Assembly (NCBI GenBank): GCA_951406725.2
Contig: OX597819.1
Location: 42,408,001 to 42,472,000, forward strand
DNA length: 64,000 nucleotides
Reading direction: 5' to 3'
DNA from: Octopus vulgaris
Lineage: Eukaryota
How positions within the stretch are numbered: position 1 is the first letter of the stretch; each line of letters begins with the position of its first letter. The position numbers were made by a program, and so were the translations under genes. Positions 1 through 16,977 of this stretch are shown piece by piece. The notes under the pieces were generated by a model that was not told where the DNA came from, made no database searches, and saw nothing but the letters and a program-made list of their open reading frames with translations.

Positions 1-879
1 TGTGCTAACGTTTCTGCCGGCTCGCCACCTCGTATGGTGTAATATATCAAAATATGAAATAATATATTGTAATATAATTTAGTCATGACAAATAATGAGG
101 CAGTTTATCTCTGGATATTTGCAGACTCTCTGTGTGTATGTGCGTGTGTTTGTGAGTGTATGTGTGTGTGTGTGACTGTGTGTCATGTGTGTGTGTGTTT
201 GCGAGTGTGTGTGTGAGTGTGTGTTATGTGTGTGTGTGTGTATGTGTAGTTTTAAAGTGCTTCCTGGCTCATATCCAGTGATCAGTGCTCAATTTGTGAC
301 AATAAATGACAAAAGTCCGTTACTATACTAATTGTCTACTAAGGAAGTACTAACAGGCATCTAATACACTTCATGTTTGATTGGTTCAAGTATGAACCAA
401 CAAAGAAAGAAAGAAAAAGAAAGAGAGAAAGTAGGAATGAAAGAAAGAAAGAAAATATGTAAAAAAAAACACATACAAAAATATCAACAAAAATATCTAT
501 TCAGAAACGTGTTTGTTTGTCTCGTCTTTGGAAGTGTCAGAGTCTTTGAATCTTGGCAAAGAACCGAAGTGCTCCCCCCCTCTCTCTCTGTTTATCTGTT
601 TGTCTCTTTCCCTCGTTTCTGTATCTTTCTCTCTCATACACACAAACCAACAAGAGAACCTCTAAACCAGACCTTTTCAACCATTCTGACGCCAAACACT
701 TATGTATTCATATTTCGAACACTAATTCTTTATTCAGTGTATTGGTAATGAAATTAAAAGAAAAAGAAAAAAATGTAACCCTGTTGCCAATGCTTACCTC
801 AAAAATACCAGAAGTTTCTTGCCTCAAAAGTTCCGAAACGAACTTAAAATATTCTGTCGAGTCAAACGTTTTGGTAATT

Positions 880-1110
880 TAGTTACCAAGTTACAACAAA
901 AGCCTTGTTGCATTTAAAGTAGAGGCCATCGTGTTGCACCGTCTGAAACCATTTTTCTACCAGTTCTTTGATCCCACGCTGAGACCCGTTCTTGTCCTTC
1001 GAGGTAAAGAACTCCTTCACTGAAACTTCCACTCCTCTTGGTTGATGAAGCGTGACGAGTGCAGGAAGTAAGTCATGGATCGGAACAAATAATAATCCGA
1101 GGGATAGAGT
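880..1110 (-). pseudogene. mariner transposase C-terminal fragment
   Basis: Minus strand reads PSDYYLFRSM...EVSVKEFFTSKDKN..RGIKELVEKW..VQHDGLYF, a typical mariner C-terminus, frameshifted. Confidence 0.75.
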
Positions 1111-1129
1111 TTCCCGCAATCCTAACATG

Positions 1130-1510
1130 CATAAGAAGTGGTTAAACAAGGAGCAGCTTCCGGAACCTGTCGCCAAGCATGGACGTTTCGAACACAAGGG
1201 GATGTTCAGGGTTTGGTGGAATTATGAGGGGGATAATTCACTACGAGTACATATTGAATGGTCGAGCCATCGATGCCAACTTGTACTCCGAACAGTTGGA
1301 GAAGATGTATGCCATTGTGCGACAATAAATACCCGGAATTGTGCAACAAAAAATACCCGGAAGACCTCTTCTACAGCAAGACAAAGCGAGGCTTCATATC
1401 GTTCGAACGGCCCGGAATAAACTCCAGGAACTTGAGGGAATGGAACTAATGCAACACCTAGCATTTACTCTTAAATCAACTCCCTCGGATTATTACTTGT
1501 TCTAATCCAA
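1130..1510 (+). pseudogene. mariner transposase catalytic-domain fragment
   Basis: KKWLNKEQLPEPVAK..KGMFRVWWNYEG, then IDANLYSEQL, ending in ccctcggattattacttgttc (PSDYYLF); several frameshifts. Confidence 0.7.
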
Positions 1511-2115
1511 GAATCGGAACAAGTATACTCCTTGGTGATAGAATGTAATGTATGCGTAAAAATCTATTTCAAAACGTGTTTAATACCCGTTAATCATATA
1601 ACTTGATTGTTATTCATCATATGAGTGATATTGTTGGGAACGTGCTTTTCCTGATGTGGGTAATACAAGATGATGTTACACAAATGTAGTAATTATAAGT
1701 TTTACAATTATCCTTTTTTTTTCAAATTTCATTATGCTTATACAAAATAATAATACAAACACTAATTTTTCAAATAAAATAATGTATTAGCTTAAGATAT
1801 AATTTGTATTTGATGGCATATAAAACTCAGTTTTTATGAGACATTCCATCCACCCAACTCCCACACCCGCCACAACCCAGGTCTTGTATTACATGCTTTA
1901 TAGTTGCCTATGTTACATGCTTTAATATAATAAAAACTTCATTTCCTGAATATGCGCTGTTGAAATTGGGGTACATCTAATATACTTGTTTATCTTCAAT
2001 GCTGTCAAATATGGTAAAACAAATTTCTCATTTGCATAAATAAATATATGTTATAAAAAAACAATAATACTTTTTAACCAGCAATTACAGTTTTCCTGAA
2101 ATATTCAGTTAATAA

Positions 2116-2510
2116 AGCGGCGAGCTGGCAGAAACGTTAGCACGCCGGACGAAATGCTTAGCGGTATTTCGTCTGCCGCTACGTTCTGTGTTCAAATTCC
2201 GCCGAGGTCGACTTTGCCTTTCATCCTTTCGGGGTCGATTAAATAAGTACCAGTTACGCACTGGGGTCGATGTGATCGACTTAATCCTTTTGCCTGTCCT
2301 TGTTTGTCCCCTCTGTGTTTAGCCCCTTGTGGGTAGTAAAGACATAGGTATTTCGTCTGTCTCTACGTTCTGAGTTCAAATTCCGCCGAGGTCGACTCAT
2401 ACTTTCGGGATCGATTAAATAAGTACCAGCTACGCACTGGGGTCGATGTAATCGACTTAATCCCTTTGCTTGTCCACTCTATGTTTAGCCCCCTGTGGGC
2501 AATAAAGAAA
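2116..2510 (+). mobile_element. tRNA-derived SINE family A (Meta/Sauria-like central domain), internally duplicated
   Basis: Head gcggcgagctggcagaaacgttagc, B-box gttcaaattcc, core ggtcgactttgcctttcatcctttcggggtcgat..aagtaccag present twice; many copies in window. Confidence 0.85.
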
Positions 2511-2620
2511 TATATATGGTAAAACAAATTTCTCATTTGCATAAATAAATATATGTTATAAAGAACAATAATACTGTTTAACCAGCAATTACAGTTTTCC
2601 TGAAATATTCACTTAATAAA

Positions 2621-2830
2621 GCGGCGAGCTGGCAGAAAAGTTAGCACGCTGGACGAAATGCTTAGCAGTATTTCGCCTGTCTCTTCGTTCTGAGTTCAAA
2701 TTCAGCCGAGGTGACTTTGCCTTTCATCCTTTCGGGATCGATAAATTAAGTAGCAGTTGCACACTGGGGTCAATCTAATCGACTGGCCTCCTCCCCCAAA
2801 ATTTCGGGCCTTGTGCCCAGAGTAGAAATG
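2621..2830 (+). mobile_element. SINE family A
   Basis: Same head and core as 2116; tail cttgtgcccagagtagaaa. Confidence 0.85.
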
Positions 2831-3267
2831 AATATTTACTTAATATCATTCTCTTACAACTTTGTTATACGTTTGAATTAGTTCTATGTAACAAACACAT
2901 TATTATTATCATTATTGTATCCACGTAACATTCCTTGATAATATCCAGTGGCCGAAGTATATTCCTAACGTTAACCCTCACGTGATGGAAAACACCTTGG
3001 CGTTCAAAATAAAGACCATTATACACCGATGAGAAAATGTATCATACTAGAGTAAATTTTGAAAATTTTTGAAAATGGAAGAAGGGGAGGATGAGTTAGG
3101 GAAGTTGTAATAGTAGAAGGCGAAGTAGAGAAGGTGAAATATTAGTTGTAATTGTACAGGATGTGGTATAGTAATAATAATAGTGGGTGAAAGATGGAAA
3201 GAAGGGATATAGTAACAGTAGTAGAGAGTGACTGAGGGAGTGGGGCAAGTTGTGTAACATATATCGA

Positions 3268-3497
3268 GGCGGCGAGCTGGCAGAAACGTTAGCACGCCCG
3301 GCGACATGCGTAGCCGTATTTCGTCTGTCGTTACGTTCCGAGTTCAAATTCTGCAGAGGTCGACTTTGCCTTTCATCCTTTCGGGGTCGATAAATTAAGT
3401 ACCAGTTACGCACTGGGGTCGATGTAATCGACTTAATCCCTTTGTCTGTCCTTGTTTGTCCCCTCTGTGTTTAGCCCCTTGTAGGTAGTAAAGAAAT
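3268..3497 (+). mobile_element. SINE family A with TSD atatatcgag
   Basis: Same head/core; atatatcgag on both sides. Confidence 0.85.
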
Positions 3498-3521
3498 ATA
3501 TATCGAGTGTTATTAGTAATA

Positions 3522-4795
3522 CGAGGGACGTTCAATAAGTAATGCCTCTGACCCACTTGCTGAAATTTTGCATGTGCAATCATTTATATTTCTATAGAGT
3601 AAGTGGTAAATTACAGCTCTGAATTAATTGTGGTTTCTGATTTACAGGTGTTTGAACCGAGTCAAGTGTGAAATGGAGCCTGTTGAGTGTCGAGCAGTGA
3701 TCCGGTTTTTGTATTTGAAAGGACGCACACCACGGGAGACTTTTGATGAAATGAAAGTAACTTATGGTGATGATGCCCCATCATATGACCTTGTAAAATG
3801 CTGGCATCGTGAATTCAAACATGGTCGGAACTCTGTAGAAACAGCTCACAGATCTGGTCGCCCCTTCTGTCATTGATGAGGCATCTGTCCGTCAAGTTGA
3901 GGCTGCCATTTTGGAAGATCGACGCATAATTATTCGCCAAATAGCCCATGAGGTAAAGATTAGTACCGGGTCTGTGGAAACTATCATTCATGACCATTTG
4001 CATATGCAAAAGTTGTCTGCCAGATGGATTCCCAGGTTGCTCACGCCTTTCCAGAAGCAAGAACGCGTCGAGTGCTCGAGGGTGAATTTGAAGATGTGCC
4101 AAGAAGATGGGTCAAAATTTTTCAAAAGACTGATTACACAGGATGAAACCTGGGTCCATCACGATGATCCAGAGACCAAAGCCCAGTCAATGCAGTGGAA
4201 GCACCGTGACTCACCCCCTCCAAAGAAGGCAAGGGTGCAGCCCTCCGCTGACAAGGTCATGCTCACAGTCTTCTGGGACCAGGACGGAGTAGTGATGACA
4301 GATTTCCTGGCAAAGGGTACCACAATTGCAGGAGCCTATTATGCTTCACTTTTGAGGAAATTAAGAGAAGTTATCAAAATCAAGAGGCGGGGCAAGATCA
4401 GCAAAGGCATCCTCCTCCTGCAGGACAACGCTCCGGTCCACAACTCGCTTGTCGCCAGATCAGAAGCACAGGCGTATGGCTATGAACTCCTCCCCCATCC
4501 CCCTACTTTCCTGACCTTGCACCCTCTGATTTTCACCTCTTCCCAGTCATGAAGTTGTTTTTGAAAGGAAAGCGTTTCCCAGATGATGCAGCCTTGATTT
4601 CTGAAGTCACGTTCAGGTTGGAGGACCAAGCTGAGGTCTTCTACAAAAACGGTCTCCAGAGCTGCATCAAGCAATGGGAGAAATGCGTAACTCTGGGTGG
4701 TTCCTATGTAGAAAAAGACTAATAACTATGCCAAGTTTCGTTGCTCTACTGCTATGGGAAGTGGGTCAGGGGCATTACTTATTGAACGCCCCTCG
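3522..4795 (+). mobile_element. mariner DD34D DNA transposon, copy 1 (frameshifted transposase 3673-4722)
   Basis: TIRs cgagggacgttcaataagtaatgcc / ggcattacttattgaacgcccctcg, TA on both sides; WIPRLL, TQDETW, QDNAPVH motifs. Confidence 0.97.
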
Positions 4796-5819
4796 TAGGC
4801 GTGTTCTTTGAGAGAGCATTGTTTTAGCATTTGTTTTTGTTTAGGATTGATTTCTCAGAAGGCGAATTTATAATTTCAATTACTTTTTCGAATTATTGAC
4901 ATGATTTGAGATTGACATAACAATTAGTATGTTTGTGTCTAATTATCCTTTTTTTTTTTCAATGTTTTTCTAAGAATTCTTTTCTTCGGTTACATATCAT
5001 TAATTGCTACTTCTCCCTAACCATAATTAATGTTATATAAATCACATCATATTATAATTAAAATATTAAAAAAATATTAATTACATCTAATTACATCGAA
5101 ACATCTGACAAAAAGGATAATTGGTTGATAACTGTTTTCAGCAGCGAAAGACAATTGCAGATACGTTTTTCTTTAGATGAGGCTCGTCAGGGAAGTGCAG
5201 CCGTACCAACATTAGCATAAAGACTTCTTCGGGAAGCAAATGAAGGAGCCTCCATGTAATCATCCAATCTGCTAGAAACAGCAGTCAAATATCATTCAAA
5301 TTACATCCCACCATTTTGATGTATTATGTTGGAATAGTCAATTCAGGCGGGCTTTGATGCCAGTTTGATCAAAGCTAACTTGCGCTAAAATACAAGCTCG
5401 GCAACTAAATAATACGATTTCTGGATAATAGATATTTATAATTACCAGGTCTGTTTGTGTTTTTGTTGCTGTTTATCGTTGTTGTATATATCTGTTAATG
5501 CCTCCATTGTTACTTATACCATTGCCTCCATTGTTACTCCATTGTTATAAAATCTTGGAATCTTCGTAAGTGGTTGCTTTCAGAATAGGATTTTATGGCA
5601 CAGAAATATTCTTTTAAGTATTTTCTATTGTATCGTTTTCTTTAACTAATGGAGAAACCAAATTAATCGGAGCTATGATAAATGGCGTTCTAATTGTGAC
5701 CAAGCCATTTTTATCGAATGTATCATCTCATTTTTTCAGATGTATGATGTGATTTGGGGCGATTTGACTATTATTTACAGCAGGTCCAATGACCTTGTTG
5801 ATTTGAGAAGGAATGTATT

Positions 5820-6790
5820 TTCTTTCCAGCTGTCACATTTCAGCTGGTGCTCTTCTTTTGAGCTGTCACAGTTGAGCTGGTGCGCTTCTTTTGAGCTGTC
5901 ACAGTTGAGCTGGTGCGCTTCTTTTGAGCTGTCACTCTTCTTTTGAGATGCCACAGTTGAGCTTGTGCGCTTCTTCTGAGCTGTCACTCTTCTTTTGAGC
6001 TGTCACAGTTGAGCCAGTGCGCTTATTTTGAGCTGTCACAGTTGAGCTTGTGCGCTTCTTTTGAGCTGTCACTCTTCTTTTGAGCTGTCACAGTTGAGCT
6101 GGTGCGCTTCTTTTGAGCTCTCTTCTTTTGAGCTGTCACAGTTGAGCTGGTGCTCTTCTTTTGAGCTGTCACATTTTAGATGGTGCTCTTCTTTTAAGCT
6201 GTCACTCTCCTTTTGAGCTGTCAGATTTGAGCTGGTGCTCTTCTCTTGAGCTGTCACTCTTCTTTTGAGCTGTCACTCTTCTTTTGAGCTATCACATTTG
6301 AGCTGGTGTTCTTATTTTGAGCTGTCACAATTGAGCTGGTGCTCTTTTTTTGAGCTGTCAGTCTTCTTTTGAGCTGTCACAGTTGAGCTGCATCTCTTAT
6401 TTTGAACTATCACTCTTCTTTTGGGATGTCACATTTGAGCTGGTGCTCTTCTTTTGAGCTGTCACTTTTGAGCTGGTGCTCTTCCTTTGAGCTGGTGTTC
6501 TTATTTTGAGCTGTCACAATTGAGCTGGTGCTCTTATTTTGAGCTGTCACTCTTCTTTTGGGATGTCACATTTGAGCTGGTGCTCTTCTTTTGAGCTGTC
6601 ACTCTTCTTTTGAGCTATCACATTTGAGCTGATGCTCCTATTTTGAGCTGTCTCTTTTGAGCTAGTCCTCTTCCCTTGAGCTGTCACTTTTGAGCTGGTG
6701 TTCTTATTTTGAGCTGTCACAATTGAGCTGGTGCTCTTCTTTTGAGCTGTCAATCTTCTTTTGAGCTGTCACATTTGAGCTGGTTCTCTC
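5820..6790. repeat. minisatellite, mosaic of ~33-bp (ttttgagctgtcacagttgagctggtgctcttc) and ~19-bp (ttttgagctgtcactcttc) units
   Basis: Direct reading of tandem units. Confidence 0.9.
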
Positions 6791-7084
6791 CTTACTCTTC
6801 AGAAGCGAGTTTATACCAATTTTGATCCTCTCTTAACAACTTCAACGTTTTTCTCCTTTTCTCTCTCTCTATCCTCACTCTTATTCTCTCCTTCTCCACT
6901 CACTCTTATCCTCATTCTTTCTCTCTTACTCTTATTCTCTCTTTCTCCGTTCATTCTTTGTCTCTCTCTCTCTCTCTTTCTCTCTCTCCCTTTCTCTCTC
7001 TCTCTCTCTCCTTCCCTCACTCTCTCCTTGTTCTACAAATACTGCAATGACAATAATGACAATCATTCTACGAAACTGTTATGG

Positions 7085-7295
7085 TGACGATCTGACAGAA
7101 ATGTTAGCACGCCGGGCGATATGCATAGCGGTATTTCGTCTGTCATTACGTTCTGAGTTCAAATTCCGCCGAGGTCGACTTTGCTTTTCATCCTTTCGGG
7201 ATCGATAAATTAAGTACCAGTGAAACACTAGGTTCGATGTGATCAACTAGTCCCCTCCCCACAAATTTGAGGCTTTGTGCCTAAAGTAGAAAGTA
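7085..7295 (+). mobile_element. SINE family A
   Basis: Head and core match 2116 copy. Confidence 0.8.
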
Positions 7296-8028
7296 AAAGA
7301 ATCTGGTCTTTTTTGAAATTTCATATTTTGAATAATTTTACATTTCCGTAAAACTCATTCAAAAGTTTGCCGTAGCAGGGCCGAGAAAGTGCCCCATTTT
7401 TTTTTACTTTCGATTTTGTATTTGGCTTTGCAAAATTCTTGATGTGAACTTGTGTATTGAAACAGATTTTATTGTATTTTGGTGGGGTCATTATGCCAAT
7501 AAGAACCACATGCGCTGGTTCTATTTCACTTATTTCATTATTAGTCAGTTGGCTAATTATTTGAGTGATGAACTAATCGATCGTTTGATTAACGTTCGAT
7601 CAATCAATCAACTCGATTCGTCAAAGTCCTTTCCCCGCCACCCGCGACCTCACCAGTGACATGCCCTCTCTACTCCAGGTCTCTTTCAGGTCTGTCTTTT
7701 ATATTTTCATTTAAGAAATATTGGGAAAAGGTCATTTTTAGTATATGTGGTAGAAATTGTTAAGGGTTGTTTTGTGTTATGGTAGTATTAATGCCGGGTG
7801 TGGTGAGTTTTATACAAAAATTTGTTGATCTCATCATTTCTATTAGTATATTTACTCGAATAATTGTATACCATACAATGGATGTATATACTGCTAATTT
7901 GGTTTTCCATCTTCATTTATTTAATTTATCATTATATCATTAAACACACATTCATACATACACACATATTTATATATATACAAAGATGCAAACAAATTGA
8001 GCAAAATATGCTTACAGACACATATTGA

Positions 8029-8116
<88 letters not shown>

Positions 8117-8245
8117 TCCTCCAGTTAGCTATCTATCTATTTATCTATCTATTAATATATATATATACCTCTCTCTTTATCTATCTATCTCTATCTATTT
8201 CTATCTCTATCTATCTATCTATCTTTCTATCTGTCTATCTGCCTG

Positions 8246-8296
<51 letters not shown>

Positions 8297-8589
8297 TTGT
8301 TTATTTGTCTAACTGTTTATTTATCTTTGTGTCAATCAATATAGTTTTATTAATGTATATTGAAAGAACAAACCAACCGATAAACTATAGATAAGTCTCC
8401 GCCTTCTTAAGTGAAGTAGATTATATAATATCTGCCCATCAAAAGTTTAATTGCTGCCCACGTACACATATTTTACTCATCACTGTCGTCAGAGCGTATC
8501 AGTCCTGTAAATTTAAGTCATTGCCAATCACACTTAATTAATCAACCAATTATTTAATATTTCCTTATTTACATATTTCAGCTGATGAG

Positions 8590-10710
<2,121 letters not shown>

Positions 10711-10830
10711 ATAGATGTATGCTTGTATACATATTTTTTCACGAGCCCTAGGACGCATAAGGCTGGATCTTAATCCAGGTTCCCTGTCGAATAAGGGACT
10801 GACATTACAACACTAACTCCTGAACGGGAC

Positions 10831-11325
10831 GCAAAATTTTTGTTTCTACATACAGCCAATCAGAGCTCAACTATCAGACTAATTTATAAGCGAATAACAA
10901 GAGATGGGGGATAAGATAAGGTCACTTGGGTAAGGAATGACCATGCTTCTTATCTCTTTTGATAATGCTTGTTGTTCTTGTTCTTGTTCCAACCATGGCT
11001 GTTGCCTCTGTGTAGTTATTTGTGTTGTTGTTTACTTTGTAAAACAGTAAGGGGTTGCTAGCACATCACCCTCTACTCACATTTTTCCCATCCACATCTT
11101 TACCATATGGGGCCCTAACAAAATCCGATAACAGGTAAAGATGCAAATCTATCTAATTACTTGTCTCCTGAAATCAGGCACAACTTGGCGACCGGTCGAC
11201 TTACAACACCGTTCTTCGTCTTGAGCTTACTTGGTGAAGTGTGTTTGTTAAGGTGATCTCTGATTGGCTGTATGCAAATGAGCTCGTTACTGGGGTCCGG
11301 AACTCTCGTGGGGAAAAAATTTCGC
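10831..11325. mobile_element. MULE/Mutator-like MITE with 9-bp TSD, inserted in a SINE
   Basis: gaacgggac duplicated at 10822-10830 and 11326-11334; ends gcaaaatttt / aaaatttcgc; subterminal IR catacagccaatcagag / ctctgattggctgtatg. Confidence 0.7.
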
Positions 11326-11334
11326 GAACGGGAC

Positions 11335-11480
11335 GCCAGTCCATAGCAGGGTTAGTTAACTTCCCAGCTATTGCCGGAACTCAAGAAGCAACGTGAAATG
11401 AAGTGTTTTGCTCAAGAACACAACGCGTCGCTTGGTCTGGGAATCGAAACCACGATTTTACGATTGTGAGTACAACACCA
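11335..11480 (-). mobile_element. tRNA-derived SINE family C (5' part)
   Basis: Minus strand ggtttcgattccc B-box then gtgttcttgagcaaaacacttcatttcacgttgc; related copy near 55990-56120. Confidence 0.65.
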
Positions 11481-12468
11481 ACTTAATTTTGGGTTGTCTG
11501 CAGATTCCCATCCCCCCCCAAAAAAAAATATGAATGTCATGGTGAGAATACCTTTGAAAATAAGTCTTCTGGATCACAACTGACCTTGGGTTAAAAGATA
11601 ACGACCTCCCAACATCTAACACTCAAGCAACATCGAAACGATTATAGCTACCATCATTGTCACCTCACCACTACCACACAAACTGTAACACTATACTCTA
11701 ACCACTTGCACTATACTACCACACTACTACATCACCACTAACACCTCTTTCACCACCACCTAAACATCAGGGTCACTACATGTAACCATACCTCTTACGT
11801 TACCTACTGACACCATCCCAAGTAACAACGAAACCACCACCAGCGCCCCTACCGCCACCACCATCACAGTTACCATTATAACAGCAGCAACAGCCGCAAT
11901 CCCCACTATCATTACTACAACCTCCATATCCACCACCCCCGTCATCACTATACTACTACTAAACACTACCACCGCCGCCAGTACCAAGACGACCACAAAT
12001 ACCACCACCTCAACAACAAAATCAGCAGCCTCACGAGAACCACCACCACAACGACCAATTCCGACAACCAACCAATTTAATTACAATCACAGACAAACTA
12101 TTTACCCACACCATGACCACACCCCCTGAAATATCCAAGATGGAGTGGGTTGTTATTATTTTCATTATGTTTTTGCAGAGTTTATTTCACTTCAATATCC
12201 TTTGATCTTGTTTTTTAATCTTTATCTTATAAGCAACAAAAACTATAGCAAATGTTTAAACAGGCAAGTTATGGCTAGAATTGAACCCGTGGGAACTGCG
12301 TATAGAACGCACAGCGTGGCTGATCCAGTTTTTTTCCCCGTTTTTCTATTCTTCTCCGCTACAATAAAACTCTCTGATCGTGTTGTGTTAACCCCGATAG
12401 GAAATCTTACAACGTTACAAATTCCTTCAGAGAGCTAAAGTGGTCCATTGTTTTACTGATATAACTGA

Positions 12469-12516
<48 letters not shown>

Positions 12517-12677
12517 CAGATGGAGTACTTTTTTTTTTGTTGATCTTACCATCACGGAACAGTACATTATATATGTAGATATAGTGTGTGTATATATATG
12601 TGTGTGTGTGTCTGTGTATGTATGTGTATAAATATATGTATGTATAACACATACATTCATATATGTATGTGTGTGTG

Positions 12678-12729
<52 letters not shown>

Positions 12730-12818
12730 CATCCATACATCCATACATACACACACACACACACATATATATATATGTATGTATACATGCATGCATATAT
12801 AAATACATACATACACAC

Positions 12819-12871
<53 letters not shown>

Positions 12872-13495
12872 AATAATAAATCTCTGAGTGAGACAGTAGC
12901 AGCACGGAATCTTGAAGTATATTTGCCACCTAAATGTGGCGGACCCATAGGGGACGATGCTACTGTTGCTTATAGCCCCAGGAAGACATCTCCTCCATAT
13001 ATACATATACATGTAAAGATATATAATGTGTGTGTATGTATGTATATGTACACACTTACACAAGCATTCTGTGTATTTAAAATGTCTGTATAAGTATAGC
13101 GAGGCTAATAAATAAATATTACACCACAACCATATAGTTTGAAATTCGATATCAATGCGTGATATTTTAGGCGAACTTTGTTGACCAATAACATTTTTAA
13201 TGGTAATCGGTTGACATAAAAAAGAAAAGAAAAGAAGAAAAAATAAACGTCCGAATGCGAGACTAGAACCCTTGTTGTTTGTTATCCCCCCATGTTTCCT
13301 CTACAGGCGTTTAATTGCATTGTCCTCTAATTCAGTGATGGTTCTCTTCACACGAATTACACGTGAGAGAAATGCGCCAATACAACATTGAATCGGGTTC
13401 AAAGAGCAAATAAGAAGTTTTACATACTTTCCCATTGTCCAGTTTTCTTGTCTCCCTTTTACTTACGCACACATTTTTAGTGCATGGTATCCTTC

Positions 13496-13536
<41 letters not shown>

Positions 13537-13586
13537 CGAAAAAAGTGAAAGAGGTACAGTGAACTTGCCGTGAGGAGTGGAATATC

Positions 13587-13618
13587 CAACGTTTCGGATT
13601 CAATCCTTCGTCAGCGGG
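13587..13618 (-). ncRNA. hammerhead ribozyme motif (Penelope type), stem I weak
   Basis: Minus strand CTGACGA-A-GGAT tga ATCC-GAAACGTT. Confidence 0.6.
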
Positions 13619-13844
13619 CAGAGAAAAAGAGAAGAATAGGAGAAAAAAGTCAGAGTTTATATCCTCTCAGCTTGAAAAACCTGACTGCAACTGATAACGG
13701 GCGCAGAATAACACGGTCTGCTAACGTGAAAGAGATGTTATAGGAGAAGGCGTGCAGGAAAGTGGGAGAAAAAGGGTGATGGAGAGTGTGAAGGTAAGTA
13801 AATACGGAAATGTTGCAGGGAGAGAGAGAGAGGGTGGAAGTAGG

Positions 13845-14709
<865 letters not shown>

Positions 14710-14740
14710 ACATACATATGCACACATCTCTGTGTATTTT

Positions 14741-15290
<550 letters not shown>

Positions 15291-15694
15291 AGCCGAAACT
15301 GCAAAGATAATCTGGAACTCGACTGACGAAAGGAAACTCCGAATGACCTTCCTTGTTTTTTCTTGTCCCTTATTGTATCATCTAACTATCTGGATGACTT
15401 GTTGTCGCCTGTTGCGTTCTTGTCCCATTTTCTTGCATTCTTTTATATATAGAGCTCACCATTCTTTCTTCCTGTTTCTGTAGTACCTGTATTTCAAAGC
15501 CTTGTCACACTCTGTGTCACACTGAATCTCCCCGAGAACTACGTTAAGGGTACACATATCTGTGGAGAGCTCAGCCACTTGCACGTTAATTTCCCAAGCA
15601 GGCTGTTCCGTTGGCTGGATCAACTTGAACCCTCGCCGTCGTAACTGACAGAGTGCCACGATATATATATATATTTATTTATTCATTTATTTAT

Positions 15695-15734
<40 letters not shown>

Positions 15735-16154
15735 GCATACATATATATACGTACATATATGTATGCACGTGTGTATCTGTATGAATGTATGCATGTATGT
15801 TAAGGATATGTCATCATGGTTGGCCAAGTTAAGTAAATAAAGCAAATGATTTCCAATTTACTGTAAAGAATAAATATTGAATTTTAAAATTAAATATTTC
15901 ATTACAATTTATATAAAACCCTAATCTTTCGACGACCCTTTCACGGTGGCAAAAAGTATATTTAGATACATCCGGTAAATGTAAACACCGACAAGGTCAT
16001 ATGATGTTACTAATGTTAGCCACATACAAAAAAAATTTAATGCTAATATAGACGCGAAATTTTAGAATATGTGTCTAACTTTATTATTTTTTTCATTCTC
16101 ATTTTCTATTATTTACTTCTGCTTTTTATTAAAGTTTCTTATGGAATAAAATAA

Positions 16155-16710
16155 ACCTTTCTACTACAGGCACAGGCACAGGCCTGATATTTGGTGGGAA
16201 GGGACTAGTCGATTACTTAGACCCAAGTGTTTCACTGGCACTTAATTTATCGATCCCGAAAGGATGAAAGGCAAAGTCGAACTCGACGGAGTTTGTACTG
16301 AGAATGTGGCGACAGACGAAATACCTATTTCTTTACTACCCACAAGGGGCTAAACACAGAGAGGACAAACAAGGACAGACAAACGGATCAAGTCGATTAT
16401 ATCGACCCCAGTGCGTAACTGGTACTTATTTAATCGACCCCGAAAGGATGAAAGGCAAAGTCGAGCTCGGCGGAGTTTGTACTGAAAATGTGGCGACAGA
16501 CGAAATACCTATTTCTTTACTACCCACAAGGGGCTAAACACAGAGAGGACAAACAAGGACAGACAAACGGATCAAGTCGATTATATCGACCCTGAAAGGA
16601 TGAAAGGCAAAGTCGACCTCGGCGGAATTTGAACTCAAAACGTAACGGCAGACGAAATAGTGCTACGCATTTCGCCCGTGTGCTAACGTTTCTGCCAGCT
16701 CACCGCCTTT
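16155..16710 (-). mobile_element. SINE family A, multimeric, TSD tttcttatggaata
   Basis: Reverse complement of family A with three core copies; TSD on both sides. Confidence 0.85.
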
Positions 16711-16977
16711 CTTATGGAATAGAGTAATATTCACTCTTTGTCCAACCTTTGTCAATGGATTTTTAGTTAATTCACAAGTTTTCTTTTTAAGAAATAAGAT
16801 TTATTTTACCAGATTAAACGAAACGAAAATGAAGAGTAGGCTCTTTGTTTCCAGAATTCATCTTTTAGTTGACGACCACAACTGCTCAGGTAACAAAACT
16901 TTTGCTGATCATAATTACTCAACCCCTTTGAATAAATGTGACACAGAATGATAAAACTTCTATGATTATATAAAATA

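Noticed and set aside
1569-1625. Minus-strand aTGATGA...tAAACACGTT
   Set aside because: Two core substitutions in AT-rich sequence; could be chance.
5740-6790. Repetitive ORFs (LSQLSWCASFE / KEEHQLKCDSS) as a repeat protein exon
   Set aside because: 19-bp subunits break the frame repeatedly; best explained as a non-coding minisatellite.
15320-15350. CTGACGA-aaGGA aac TCC-GAAT motif
   Set aside because: GAAA and stems I/III missing; probably a decayed PLE piece, not supportable alone.
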